A stretch of DNA of 64,000 nt from an uncultured Oscillospiraceae bacterium (lineage in GTDB: Bacteria > Bacillota > Clostridia > Oscillospirales > Oscillospiraceae). The notes below the pieces were generated by a model. The model saw nothing but the letters and a program-made list of their open reading frames with translations, had not been told where the DNA came from and did not search any database. The position numbers were made by a program, and so were the translations under genes. This document shows, in pieces, positions 9,753-19,341 of the stretch (positions are counted from its first letter, which is position 1; each line of letters starts with the position of its first letter). The stretch lies in NCBI GenBank assembly GCA_910588495.1, contig CAJUPU010000007.1, positions 10,871 through 74,870 of the forward strand, read 5' to 3'.

Positions 9753-11315
9753 CTATTCGCCGAAAAACTCGTTGAGCACCGCGCGGCAGTTGTCCACCAC
9801 GCTGGGATCTTCGCCGGTGAGGGTGGTCAGCTCCTCCACCGCCACCGCGTTTCCGCCAAAGGCTTCGACGTACCGGGTGAGGATGGCGCGGAGGAGGGCC
9901 ACGGTGACGAGCTCCCCGCCGTCCCCGTCCTCATCCACGAGGCCGTTCTCCACCGCCCAGCTCCACAGATCGCCGGAGCCGCCCGCCCGCCGGAACAGCT
10001 CCTCCAGCAGGGTCCTGGCCGCCGCGGGGCGGGCCAGGGGATCGGAGGCGGGGGCCGGGTCGGGATCGGGGTCCGGGTTGGGAGCGGGATCCGGACCGGG
10101 ATCGGGGTCCGGGCCGGGGGCGTTGGAATCGAAGGGCGCGTCTTTGACTGTGACATTGTCGGTGTTCACGCCATCCGGCACCTCGCCGTAGAGCGTGCCG
10201 CCGTTCAGCTCGATGGCGATCTTGTCTATGTTTGTGTCGTAGATATCTATGGCATTGCCGCCTTCCACCATGCTGCCCACCGTGCCGCCGTTCATGGTGA
10301 ACGTGCCATAATACATATGCACGCCTGTTTCGCCGCTGACGGAGCCGTCCGTTATCTCGGCCTTGCCGCCAAGCACAACAACAACGCCTTTATCTTTGCC
10401 GCTGACGGTGCCGCCCGATATGGCGGCGGTGCCGTCCTGCACAGCAACGCCGTCCGTTTCGCCTCTGACAGAGCCGCCCGTTATCTCGGCCTTGCCGCCG
10501 GACACAACCACGCCTGTTTCGCCGCTGACCGCGCCGCCCTTTATCTCGGCGTTACCGTTGAGCACCGACACGCCGCTTGTACCGCCCTGGACGGCGGCGG
10601 CGCCCGATATCTCGGCGGTGCCGCCCACCATAAACACGCCCTCATCACTGCCGCTGATGCTGGCGTTGCCCGATATGTCGGCGGTGCCGCCGCTCCCCAC
10701 AGACACGCCGAAATAATCGCCGCTGACGGTGCCGCCCGATATGGTGGCGGTGCCGCTCACCACAAACACGCCGAATGTATTGCCGCTGACGGTGCCGCCC
10801 GATATGGTGGCGGTGCCGCCGTACACCTCCACGCCGGACATATTGCCGGTGACGGTGCCGCCCGTTATGTTGGCGGTGCCACCAGCATCCACCTTCACGC
10901 CTGCGTCCATGCCGCTGACGGTGCCGCCCGTTATGTTGGCTTTGCTGCCGTTATCTACCGTCACGCCGGCATTATTGCCGCTGACCTTGCCGCCTGTCCC
11001 GGAGTCCTTCAGCGTCAGCTCGCCGCCGGACACTTCGATGCCGGCTTCCTCCTTGCTTGTGAGGGTGTGGCCGTTCAGATCCAGGGTCACATTGCCCCCA
11101 CTGATCGTAGCACCGCCAATATCGTCATTGGTCATCGTGATGGTGCCGGACCCGCTTACGCTGTTCTCGATCGCAGTGACGCCCTCCTGGACGGTGCCCA
11201 CCTCTTGCGACCCCTCCCCGACGATGGTCACGGTGTGGGCCAGCGCCGGGAGCACCAGCCCGGCGCACAGCGCCAGGGACAGGCCCACGGACCCGGCCCG
11301 TTTCCATAGCTTCAT
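9753..11315 (-). CDS. Secreted surface protein with ~11 beta-helix-like repeats, a Pro/Asp linker and a degenerate SLH-like C-terminus
   Basis: Signal peptide MKLWKRAGSV...PALA. Repeats of 20-23 aa (GVxVxxGxAxIxGGxVxG), a PDPDP linker and a WAVENGLV tail. Confidence 0.75.
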   Translation of the reverse strand: MKLWKRAGSVGLSLALCAGLVLPALAHTVTIVGEGSQEVGTVQEGVTAIENSVSGSGTITMTNDDIGGATISGGNVTLDLNGHTLTSKEEAGIEVSGGELTLKDSGTGGKVSGNNAGVTVDNGSKANITGGTVSGMDAGVKVDAGGTANITGGTVTGNMSGVEVYGGTATISGGTVSGNTFGVFVVSGTATISGGTVSGDYFGVSVGSGGTADISGNASISGSDEGVFMVGGTAEISGAAAVQGGTSGVSVLNGNAEIKGGAVSGETGVVVSGGKAEITGGSVRGETDGVAVQDGTAAISGGTVSGKDKGVVVVLGGKAEITDGSVSGETGVHMYYGTFTMNGGTVGSMVEGGNAIDIYDTNIDKIAIELNGGTLYGEVPDGVNTDNVTVKDAPFDSNAPGPDPDPGPDPAPNPDPDPDPAPASDPLARPAAARTLLEELFRRAGGSGDLWSWAVENGLVDEDGDGGELVTVALLRAILTRYVEAFGGNAVAVEELTTLTGEDPSVVDNCRAVLNEFFGE

Positions 11316-11400
11316 TTCCTCATCCTTTCTATATCGATGGTCTAACAGTCCTTTCGTGTCCCAACGGGACACGAAGAAACGGCCAGCCGTTTCTGACCCC

Positions 11401-11429
11401 AGTATATCCCATCCCGCCGGAAAACGCAA
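11401..11429 (-). promoter_or_regulatory. sigmaA promoter of the repeat surface protein
   Basis: TTGCGT-17 nt-TATACT on the minus strand. Confidence 0.65.
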
Positions 11430-11499
11430 GCCCTTTCCCCCACGAGAACGGGGCGGGGACCCCTCGGCCCTCGCCCCGCTCCGTCACGCCCGGATCAGC

Positions 11500-12033
11500 T
11501 CAGCTCTCCATATGGCGGCCCAGAAAGCCGGCCACCGTCTGGGCCAGCTTCAGCTCCACCTCCCCCAGGGCGGGGGCGTCCCCATCGGACACGAAGGCCA
11601 CGCAGCCCAGCACGTCTCCCTCGGACAGGATGGGCACCGCGATGAGCACCCGGTATTTGTCCGTGCCGTCGCACAGGGACAGCGGCTGATCGGCCTGGAC
11701 GCTGCGGCGGTCCTCCATCACCTGCTCCACCTGGGGGGACACCCGCTTGTCCACCACCTCACGGCGGGGCACGCCGCCGGCGGCGATCACGCTGTCCCGG
11801 TCGGTGATCACGGCGGGCAGGCCCGCCACCCGGCTGATGGTGTCGCACAGCTGGGCGGCAAAGTCGGACACATCGCCCAATTGAGAGTATTTTTTGAAAA
11901 TAACGCCGCCCTCGCGGTCCGTGTAGATCTCCAAGGGGTCGCCCTCCCGGATGCGCATGGTGCGCCGGATCTCCTTGGGGATCACCACCCGGCCCAGGTC
12001 GTCGATGCGGCGTACGATCCCAGTCGCTTTCAT
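11500..12033 (-). CDS. spoVT: Stage V sporulation protein T (AbrB + GAF)
   Basis: MKATGIVRRIDDLGRVVIPKEIRRTMRIREGDPLEI; the C-terminal GAF domain ends in FLGRHME. Confidence 0.95.
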   Translation of the reverse strand: MKATGIVRRIDDLGRVVIPKEIRRTMRIREGDPLEIYTDREGGVIFKKYSQLGDVSDFAAQLCDTISRVAGLPAVITDRDSVIAAGGVPRREVVDKRVSPQVEQVMEDRRSVQADQPLSLCDGTDKYRVLIAVPILSEGDVLGCVAFVSDGDAPALGEVELKLAQTVAGFLGRHMES

Positions 12034-12091
12034 GGTTTTCCTCCTGCGTCTGCCGCGGCTGCCCGCGGCATTTTTTGTATCGTTCCATCTG

Positions 12092-12120
12092 TATTATCCG
12101 CAGGATCTGCCAATGTATTC
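12092..12120 (-). promoter_or_regulatory. sigmaG/F-like promoter of spoVT
   Basis: GAATA-17 nt-GATAATA. spoVT is a forespore gene in model spore-formers. Confidence 0.55.
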
Positions 12121-12316
12121 AGATCCTGCCGCTGGTTTTCTCTGGAAACATGCCGGCGCGCACAGGGCCCGGCGGCCAGACGGCCGCCGGACACCACCAC
12201 ATTTTTTATCGTTCCGGTCATATATGCCTATCTCGATCGGCGGGAGCATGTTGGCGGCTTTCCAGGCCGTCCAGCACGCTCCCGCCCAATATTGCGCATT
12301 TTTCGGTCCTCTCGGG

Positions 12317-13183
12317 CTAGAGCTCCACCACGTCCATCGCCGCCCGCTCCACGCACAGGGCGTTTTTGGTGTCCAGCACCAGGGAGAGCTGCGCGGCGGC
12401 GCTCCCCCCCGAGCGGGGATGGAGCACGGCGGCGTAGTGCAGGGTCTGGGGGCTGTCCCCGGCGCGCTCCAGGGAGAAGCGCAGGGGCTGGGTCTCCGCG
12501 AAGGTGCCGCAGGGGGTCTGGCGGAGGCAGACGGCGCCCTCGCCCCTGGCCGGGGGCATGGCGCGGACGGTCAGCGTGCACCGCACCGCATAGGCCGCAC
12601 GGGGGTCCAGCCGGATCTGGGTGGGGTCGCACTCGTTCCAGCAGATCTGCTCCCCCTGCCGGCCGTTTTGCCGCCAGGGCAGGCGGCAGCCCGGGCCCCA
12701 CAGATATCCCGCCTGACGCTCCACGAGATGGAGGGCACATTTTGGCCTGGCCTTCTCTCCGCCGGGGGGAGGCCAGTGCGTTTGCCCGCGGCACGGCGGC
12801 GGACAGACGGGGGGAGGGCAGGGCGGCGGGCATGGCCCGCAGGGCGGGGGGCAGGGAGGGCCGGGGGGATACGGCCCGCAGGGCGGGACCGGGGCAGGAC
12901 AGACCTCCAGCACCTTCTCCAGCTTGTTTTTCAGCAGCATCTGATTTTGGGCCACCACGTCCAGCAGGGAGGCCACGCTCTTGTTCACCGCCAGCACGTC
13001 CTGAGGACAGGCGCAGGGCTTCGCCCCCGGCAGAGTGCCCAGGATGTACTGCAGCTTCTCGCCCTCGGCGTTGATGATATGGCTCAGGGCCAGTTCCTCC
13101 ATGGCGATGGAGGCGATGATCATGGTCAGGGCTTCCTCCCGCGTCATATCCGCCCCATGGGCGGGAAAAGAAGGCATAGACAT
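12317..13183 (-). CDS. Pro/Cys-rich probable spore coat/exosporium protein
   Basis: N-terminal IASIAMEELALSHIINAEGEKLQ, central PPCGPYPPGPPCPPPCGP repeats and a sigmaK-like promoter. Confidence 0.6.
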   Translation of the reverse strand: MSMPSFPAHGADMTREEALTMIIASIAMEELALSHIINAEGEKLQYILGTLPGAKPCACPQDVLAVNKSVASLLDVVAQNQMLLKNKLEKVLEVCPAPVPPCGPYPPGPPCPPPCGPCPPPCPPPVCPPPCRGQTHWPPPGGEKARPKCALHLVERQAGYLWGPGCRLPWRQNGRQGEQICWNECDPTQIRLDPRAAYAVRCTLTVRAMPPARGEGAVCLRQTPCGTFAETQPLRFSLERAGDSPQTLHYAAVLHPRSGGSAAAQLSLVLDTKNALCVERAAMDVVEL

Positions 13184-13258
13184 ATGAAATGCTCCATTGT
13201 GCCGCGCCGGTCCGGGACCGGCGCGGGTCGTACGGCAGGGAGCGCCCCGCCGCCGCTC

Positions 13259-13322
13259 CATCCTATGCGGCCGGGACCGCCCTGTTTCAAGCTCACCTGC
13301 CGCCCGCCGGGGGCATAGGATG
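13259..13322. promoter_or_regulatory. Back-to-back sigmaK-like promoters
   Basis: AC-N16-CATAGGATG on the minus strand (13285-13259) and AC-N17-CATAGGATG on the plus strand (13295-13322). Confidence 0.6.
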
Positions 13323-13434
13323 CCCCAGGCGCTTTGCCGGGCGGGCCGGCACGGCCGTTTTTGACACGTCACAGGTCCCCGCCAGTCTTGCCTTGCGGCG
13401 GCCCGACTCAAACTGGATCGAAGGAGGCTCCGAT

Positions 13435-14505
13435 ATGGTGAGCGTCAGCTTGTGCATGATCGTGAAGAACGAGGAGGATGTGCTGGGGCGGTGCCTGGAC
13501 AGCGCGGCGGATCTGGCCGACGAGATCGTCGTCGTGGACACCGGCTCCACCGACCGCACGAAGGAGATCGCCGGGCGCTACACAGACAAGGTATTCCACT
13601 TCCCCTGGCGGGACGATTTCGCCGCCGCCCGGAACGAGTCCTTCGCCCACGCGTCCATGGACTACTGCATGTGGCTGGACGCGGACGATGTGCTGCTGGA
13701 GGCGGACCGGGCCGCGTTCCTGGCGCTGAAGGAGACCCTGGACCCCGCTGTCTCGGTGGTGATGGCCCCCTATCACACCGGCTTCGATGAGAGCGGCCGG
13801 GTCACCTTCTCCTACTACCGGGAGCGGCTGATCAAGAACCGGGCCGGGATGGCCTGGGAGGGAGCCGTCCACGAGGCCGTCGCTCCCGCGGGCAAGGTCC
13901 TGTACGCGGACTTCGCCGTCACCCACCGCAAGACCCGTCCCTCCGACCCGGACCGCAACCTGCGGATCTACCAGGCCCAGCTGGCCGCGGGAAAAACGCT
14001 GGAGCCCCGGCAGCGGTTCTATTACGGCCGGGAGCTGTACTATCACCAGCGCTGGGCCCAGGCCCTGGAGGTCTTTGAGCAGTTCCTGGCCCAGGGCGGG
14101 GGCTGGGTGGAGAACGAGATCGACGCCTGCTGTCACTGCGCCTACTGCCAGGAGAGGCTGGGCCGGCCCGAGGCAGCGCTGGCGGCGCTGTTTCGCACCT
14201 TTTCCTACGACCGGCCCCGGGCGGAGGCGTGCTGTGAGCTGGGGCGCTGGTTCTTCCAGCGGGAGCGGTACGGCCAGGCGGCCTTCTGGTACGCCCTGGC
14301 CCTGACCTGCCCCCGGGATGACCGCCGGGGCGGGTTCGTGGCCCCGGACTGCTACGGCTATCTGCCCTGTATCCAACTGTGCGTCTGCCACAGCCGCATG
14401 GGGGACCAGGAGCGGGCGGCGCAGTTCAACGAGCTGGCCGGAGCCTGCAAGCCGGACGATCCGACGGTGGCCCGCAACCGGGCCTATTTTCAAGCGATGG
14501 CGTGA
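13435..14505 (+). CDS. Glycosyltransferase family 2 with TPR repeats
   Basis: SLCMIVKNEE, DTGSTD, DFAAARN, WLDADD and VHE motifs, with a TPR-like C-terminus. AAGGAGG RBS. Confidence 0.92.
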   Translation: MVSVSLCMIVKNEEDVLGRCLDSAADLADEIVVVDTGSTDRTKEIAGRYTDKVFHFPWRDDFAAARNESFAHASMDYCMWLDADDVLLEADRAAFLALKETLDPAVSVVMAPYHTGFDESGRVTFSYYRERLIKNRAGMAWEGAVHEAVAPAGKVLYADFAVTHRKTRPSDPDRNLRIYQAQLAAGKTLEPRQRFYYGRELYYHQRWAQALEVFEQFLAQGGGWVENEIDACCHCAYCQERLGRPEAALAALFRTFSYDRPRAEACCELGRWFFQRERYGQAAFWYALALTCPRDDRRGGFVAPDCYGYLPCIQLCVCHSRMGDQERAAQFNELAGACKPDDPTVARNRAYFQAMA

Positions 14506-14609
14506 GCGGCCCTCCCCCCATGCGGCGCTTTTCCGGCCCGACCGTGGGCGCTCTCCTTCATTATATATAGTTTCCCGTTTTCAGGGCAAAATGCGCGGCC
14601 CTAAAGTTT

Positions 14610-14655
14610 AAGCACAGCGGCTCCGGAAGGATCTTTCCGGGGCCGCTGTGCTTTT
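14610..14655 (+). terminator. Intrinsic terminator
   Basis: AAGCACAGCGGCTCCGGAA...TTCCGGGGCCGCTGTGCTTTT. Confidence 0.75.
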
Positions 14656-14809
14656 GTCCCGATCGGGCCGGGCAGAGGATCGAAAGCCCCTAAGATCGAG
14701 CGGGTCCAGTTGGGCCGCGCGCATCCTCCGGCGGCTCTACCCACTCCATGAACAAAAGGTGGACTTTTTGAACAGTCAGGCAGTAGGAGAAAAAATTCTC
14801 AAAACACAC

Positions 14810-14836
14810 TTAATTTTCATATCACAGTGCCGAATA
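14810..14836 (+). promoter_or_regulatory. sigma28 (SigD/FliA) promoter of flagellin
   Basis: TTAA-15 nt-GCCGAATA, close to the TAAA-N15-GCCGATAT consensus. Confidence 0.7.
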
Positions 14837-15007
14837 CATAGGTGTAGGCAAGAGCGCTCCGGCTGTCCAATAAAGTATAGCATGTGAACGCCCCCCGCCT
14901 GCCCGCCCCCTCCGGTCCTAGGCCGGTGGAGGCATACCCCAGCGCCGGTGAGACCGGAACGCCCCGGCCAGGTCGTTCCCGCGACGCCGGAAGCCCCAAC
15001 GCGCAGA

Positions 15008-15051
15008 GGCAATGGATGGCCCAAGCGCGCAAAAAAATTCATAAAAAGGAG
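15008..15051 (+). promoter_or_regulatory. Putative CsrA binding sites in the flagellin leader
   Basis: ATGGA in the loop of GGC-aatggatg-GCC, plus AAGGA in the SD; same layout as the B. subtilis hag leader. Confidence 0.5.
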
Positions 15052-15058
15052 TTTTATC

Positions 15059-17152
15059 ATGCGTATCCAGCACAATATCATGGCGATGAACGCCTACCGC
15101 AACTACACCAACAACGTGTCCGCGATGAAGGCCAACCTGGAGAAGCTCTCCTCCGGCTACAAGATCAACCGCGCCGGTGACGACGCCGCCGGTCTGGCCA
15201 TTTCCGAGAAGATGCGGGCCCAGATCACCGGCCTGGAGACCGCCCAGAAGAACGCCAAGGACGGCATCTCCCTGGTGCAGACCGCCGAGGGCGCGCTGAC
15301 CGAGGTCCACGACATGCTCAACCGTATGGTGGAGCTGGCGACCATGTCCGCCAACGGCACCTACGACAACACCACCGACCGCGCCCAGCTCCAGAAGGAG
15401 ATGGACCAGCTCAACAGCGAGATCAACCGCATCGCCGACAGCGCCAACTTCAACGGCATCAAGCTGCTGGACGGCTCCATGGACGCCGACGGCCGGATCG
15501 CCAACACCACCACCGTGTTCGCCGGGATGAAGATCGGCAACAACGTCAACGGCACTCCAGTCGGTAATACCGCCGGTAATGTTGGCGGTCCCAACACCAA
15601 GAACGGCATCCTTCTCACCGGTTCGACCCTCGCTCCGGCCACCGGCGCGCTGAACAAGAGCGACGACAGCGTCCGCTACCACAAGGACGCCGCCGTGGCG
15701 GGCAAGACCTCCTTTACCGTGGACCTGGACGGCACCGGCTACAGCGCGGCGGCCGGCACCAAGATCGAGAACATCGAGTTCCTTCTCCAGGGCGGCGGCG
15801 CCGACAACTTCACCGGCAACAAGACCAACCACCTGTCCACCAGCGACACCGCCGATACGGCCCTCAAGTACAGCGTGACCGCCAACGGCGAGGGCAAGAT
15901 CACCTCCGAGGACATCGCCACCGCCATTGAGAAGGCCATCAACGATAACGGCGGCAAGGTCTATCTCAAGGTCGGCAACAACAAGGGCGACGGCACCGCT
16001 GGCGGCGTGTCTGCACGTATCGAGTACACCGTGACCCGGGACGGCGACAAGCTGAAGTTCGAAATGACCGACAAGGGTTACGACGACGCCTGCGCCGCCG
16101 CCAACACCGACGCCGCCAAGGGTGCAAATGCCCAGGGCGAGAACTACTTTGCGGGCAACTTCAATATCGGCTTGGTGGGCAATGCTACTGTTGCCGCTGG
16201 CACCGATTTGGCTAAGTTTGCAGCCGCCAACGATTTGGCGGTGGTGGGCAACGCCGCTACCTGCGAGATCAACGAGGGCACCACCCCCGCCGACACCATC
16301 TACGCCCAGGCGTATATCCGGTTCAACACGGATAACGCCGCCAGCGCCAACGGCGTGAACAAGACCACCGACTATATCGCCGACGGCAAGGGCTTCAAAA
16401 TCGGCGACGAGTACTACGTGTTCGCGGGCAGCGACGCCACCTTCAACACCGAGTACGCCGACAACGTGAAGGTAGTGGATATCCGGGACCTGAAAAACCT
16501 GACCGATGGCCAGAAGGGCACTGATGAATTTAAAAACGATCTGCGCAAGGCCCTGGACCGGCTGTCCGTGGCCGCCAAGGACAACGAGATGTTCGACGTC
16601 CAGGTGGAGGAGCGGGGCACCATGATCGTGGTCAACGAGCGCACCACCTACACCGGCGGCGCCAACCTGACCGAGAAGGATTGGGGCCTGGAGAATCAGA
16701 TCCAGGCGTTCGGCAGCGCCCAGTCCACCACCAACGTGGTGAAGGAGGCGGGCAAGTCCCTGACCCTCCAGATCGGCGACACCGCCGAGGACTTCAACCA
16801 GCTGAAGGTGAACATCAAGGACATCCACACCGACTCTCTGGGCATCGACAAGATCCGCATCGACGACCAGACCAGCGCCGCCGCCGCGATCGACGTGATC
16901 AAGGCCGCGATCAACAAGGTGTCCGACATCCGCGGTACTCTGGGCGCCACCCAGAACCGTCTGGACCACACCATCAACAACCTGTCCGTCATGACCGAGA
17001 ACATCCAGGACGCCGAGTCCACCATCCGCGACACCGACGTGGCCGCCGAGATGATGAAGTACACCAAGAACAACATCCTGATCCAGTCCGCCCAGGCCAT
17101 GCTAGCCCAGGCCAACCAGGTGCCCCAGGGCGTGCTGCAGCTGCTCCAGTAA
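15059..17152 (+). CDS. fliC: Flagellin (697 aa, large variable central domain)
   Basis: N-terminus MRIQHNI...[27 protein letters not shown]-terminus [10 protein letters not shown]...[14 protein letters not shown]. Confidence 0.97.
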   Translation: MRIQHNIMAMNAYRNYTNNVSAMKANLEKLSSGYKINRAGDDAAGLAISEKMRAQITGLETAQKNAKDGISLVQTAEGALTEVHDMLNRMVELATMSANGTYDNTTDRAQLQKEMDQLNSEINRIADSANFNGIKLLDGSMDADGRIANTTTVFAGMKIGNNVNGTPVGNTAGNVGGPNTKNGILLTGSTLAPATGALNKSDDSVRYHKDAAVAGKTSFTVDLDGTGYSAAAGTKIENIEFLLQGGGADNFTGNKTNHLSTSDTADTALKYSVTANGEGKITSEDIATAIEKAINDNGGKVYLKVGNNKGDGTAGGVSARIEYTVTRDGDKLKFEMTDKGYDDACAAANTDAAKGANAQGENYFAGNFNIGLVGNATVAAGTDLAKFAAANDLAVVGNAATCEINEGTTPADTIYAQAYIRFNTDNAASANGVNKTTDYIADGKGFKIGDEYYVFAGSDATFNTEYADNVKVVDIRDLKNLTDGQKGTDEFKNDLRKALDRLSVAAKDNEMFDVQVEERGTMIVVNERTTYTGGANLTEKDWGLENQIQAFGSAQSTTNVVKEAGKSLTLQIGDTAEDFNQLKVNIKDIHTDSLGIDKIRIDDQTSAAAAIDVIKAAINKVSDIRGTLGATQNRLDHTINNLSVMTENIQDAESTIRDTDVAAEMMKYTKNNILIQSAQAMLAQANQVPQGVLQLLQ

Positions 17153-17316
17153 GCGTCCGAGCCGTCGTGAGCAGCGCGGGTGGACCGAAGCGAGGGCGAG
17201 CGGAGGGCCGCACAGCGGCCCGCAGACCAGCCCGAGTCGGAGGGAAGCCGCGCGTCGCGAACAGGCGAGGCGTGATAACACCCTGTTCTTGGCGCAAACC
17301 GCATAGACCCAACGCA

Positions 17317-17344
17317 GGGGGCGGGCTTCGGCCCGCCCCCTTTC
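17317..17344 (+). terminator. Intrinsic terminator after flagellin
   Basis: GGGGGCGGGC-TTCG-GCCCGCCCCC-TTT. Confidence 0.8.
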
Positions 17345-17369
17345 ACTATGACAGAAAGGCGGTGGCCCC

Positions 17370-18602
17370 ATGGCCGACCAGCTTCCCATCCACTACGATC
17401 TGCGCCCCGCGTACTACGACCGCTTCCAATGCCTGGCGGGGGCGTGCCGCTTCTCCTGCTGCAAGGGCTGGAACATCACCTTCAACAAAAAAGACTACCT
17501 GGCGCTGAAACGGCAGGAGGGCTCGGACGAGCTGACCGCCAACCTAAAGCAGAACGTCCGCCGCATCCGGCAGGGGCCCAACGCCGAGAGATTTTACGGG
17601 GAGTTCGACATGTCCGGCGGCACCTGCCCCCTCCTGCGGGAGGACGGGCTGTGCTCCCTCCAGCTGGAGAAGGGGCACGGCGCTCTGCCCGAGGTGTGCC
17701 GGGTGTTCCCCCGGACCCAGGCATACTCGGATTCCGGCTATCTGGAGCGGCGGCTGACCCCGGCCTGCGAGGCGGTGCTGGAGCTGCTGTGGGACCTGCC
17801 CGACGGGGTGGACTTCGTGGCCGATCCCCTGCCCAAATCGAAGACCCGCACCCTCATCATGGGGACATCCGGCCCACTGCGCCTGCGCTTCCAGGAGCTG
17901 CGCTCCGCGTGCATCGACCTTTTGCAGGACCGGCGGCGTCCCCTGGCCCAGCGGATCTTGCTGATGGGGCTGGCGCTGAAGGAGCTGGCGGACGGCGAGG
18001 AGGACGTGGACGGCTGGCTGGCCCGGACCAGGACGCTGGTGGACGATCCGGAGACGGACCGGCGGCTCCAGCTGCCCGACCAGCAAAAAACGCTGTCCAT
18101 GTTCCTGACCAACAATATCCGGGTGATGCTGGCCTCGCAGAGCCCCAACCGGGAGCTCTCCGCCGTGCTGAAAGAGGTTTTGGACGGGCTGGGCGCGGTT
18201 TTGACCTTCGAGGGCGGTCAGGCCGTCAATTTCAGCCTCCCGAACGACCCCTATCTGGCGGCCCGGGCCCGGTTCGAGGAGAACTTCCAAGACCGGGCGT
18301 ACTTCATGGAGAACCTGATGGTGACGCTGTTCTTCAACCTCCAGGTCCCCGATCCGGTGGACCGGGAGAAGCTGTGGAAGAGCTACGTGGACTTCTGCAA
18401 CCTGTATTCGTTCTTCCGCTTCATGGCGGTGGCCAGCTGCCGGGAGGGCGCGGCCGGGGACAAGGCCGAGCTGTTCCGGATGATGGTGTGCGTCAGCCGG
18501 GGGCTCATGCACAACACGCCCCAGAAGGCCAAGCTGCGGGACGAGTTCTTCCAGAACCACAGCGCCACCCTGGCCCATATGGCGATCCTGCTCTGCGGCT
18601 GA
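17370..18602 (+). CDS. fliB: Flagellin lysine-N-methylase (FliB family, Cys-cluster)
   Basis: PAYYDRFQCLAGACRFSCCKGWNI, CPLL...LCSLQ and CRVFPR; lies directly after flagellin. Confidence 0.85.
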   Translation: MADQLPIHYDLRPAYYDRFQCLAGACRFSCCKGWNITFNKKDYLALKRQEGSDELTANLKQNVRRIRQGPNAERFYGEFDMSGGTCPLLREDGLCSLQLEKGHGALPEVCRVFPRTQAYSDSGYLERRLTPACEAVLELLWDLPDGVDFVADPLPKSKTRTLIMGTSGPLRLRFQELRSACIDLLQDRRRPLAQRILLMGLALKELADGEEDVDGWLARTRTLVDDPETDRRLQLPDQQKTLSMFLTNNIRVMLASQSPNRELSAVLKEVLDGLGAVLTFEGGQAVNFSLPNDPYLAARARFEENFQDRAYFMENLMVTLFFNLQVPDPVDREKLWKSYVDFCNLYSFFRFMAVASCREGAAGDKAELFRMMVCVSRGLMHNTPQKAKLRDEFFQNHSATLAHMAILLCG

Positions 18603-18650
18603 GAAAAACGGCGCGCCGCCGGACCGGAACGTCCCATAAAACGAGAAAAC

Positions 18651-18690
18651 GCCCTTCGGCGGGATCGATCCCGCCGAAGGGCTTCTCTCT
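18651..18690 (+). terminator. 32-bp perfect palindrome, likely terminator
   Basis: GCCCTTCGGCGGGATCGATCCCGCCGAAGGGC followed by a T/C-rich tail. Confidence 0.65.
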
Positions 18691-18754
18691 TGACATCGTG
18701 CCGGGGCTGTGATATGATCGATTTATATAAACCGTTTATATAAATCGATCATAT
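18690..18754 (+). promoter_or_regulatory. sigmaA promoter overlapped by a 21-bp perfect inverted repeat (TetR operator)
   Basis: TTGACA-17-TATGAT. ATATGATCGATTTATATAAAC-C-GTTTATATAAATCGATCATAT at 18712-18754. Confidence 0.85.
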
Positions 18755-18765
18755 GAGGTGAGGCT

Positions 18766-19341
18766 ATGCCCAAACAGAAGATCACCAAGGAGATGGTGGT
18801 GGATACCGCCTTCCAGCTGGCCCGGGAGGGCGGCATGGAGCGGGTGCTGGTGAAGGAGATCGCCGCCCGCCTGGGCTGCTCCGTCCAGCCCATCTACAGC
18901 TGCTGCCGGAACATGGACGGCCTGCGCCGGGACGTATACGCCCGGGTGCGCCGGTTCGTGGGAGAGCGCTTGTCCCAAGAGCAGTACGGCCCCGAGAGCT
19001 TTCAGGCCGTGGGCCGGGCCTGCCTCCAGCTGGCAAAGGAGGAGCCCCAGCTGTTCAAGCTGTTCATCCTCTGCCCCCGAGAGGGGGTGTCGGGGCTGGA
19101 GGATCTGTGCCGGGAGGCGTCGGACCCCCGGCTGGACGAGGCCATCGCCGGGGAGCTGGGGCTGGACGGGGAGCGAGCCCGGCGGCTCCATATCAACATG
19201 ATCGTGTACACCGTGGGCCTGGGAGCGATCTTCTCCACCGCCGTGCCTGGCATCCCGGCGGAGGACATATTCCCCTGGCAGGAGGGGGCCTATCAGGCGT
19301 TCTTGGCCCAGATCAAGGAGGAGATGCGGAATGGATCGTAA
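18766..19341 (+). CDS. TetR/AcrR-family regulator
   Basis: MPKQKITKEMVVDTAFQLAREGG...KEIAARLGCSVQPIYS. Confidence 0.92.
   Translation: MPKQKITKEMVVDTAFQLAREGGMERVLVKEIAARLGCSVQPIYSCCRNMDGLRRDVYARVRRFVGERLSQEQYGPESFQAVGRACLQLAKEEPQLFKLFILCPREGVSGLEDLCREASDPRLDEAIAGELGLDGERARRLHINMIVYTVGLGAIFSTAVPGIPAEDIFPWQEGAYQAFLAQIKEEMRNGS

Noticed and set aside
10270..11000. CRISPR array or DGR repeat
   Set aside because: The repeats are in-frame degenerate coding repeats, with no unique spacers, cas genes or reverse transcriptase nearby.
11339..11400. Hammerhead ribozyme
   Set aside because: A stem followed by GAAA is present, but the CUGAnGA core is missing on both strands.
14583..14660. c-di-GMP-I riboswitch upstream of flagellin
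   Set aside because: GGGCAAA is present, but the GNRA-capped stem and GCAAAGC are not; the structure fits a simple terminator.
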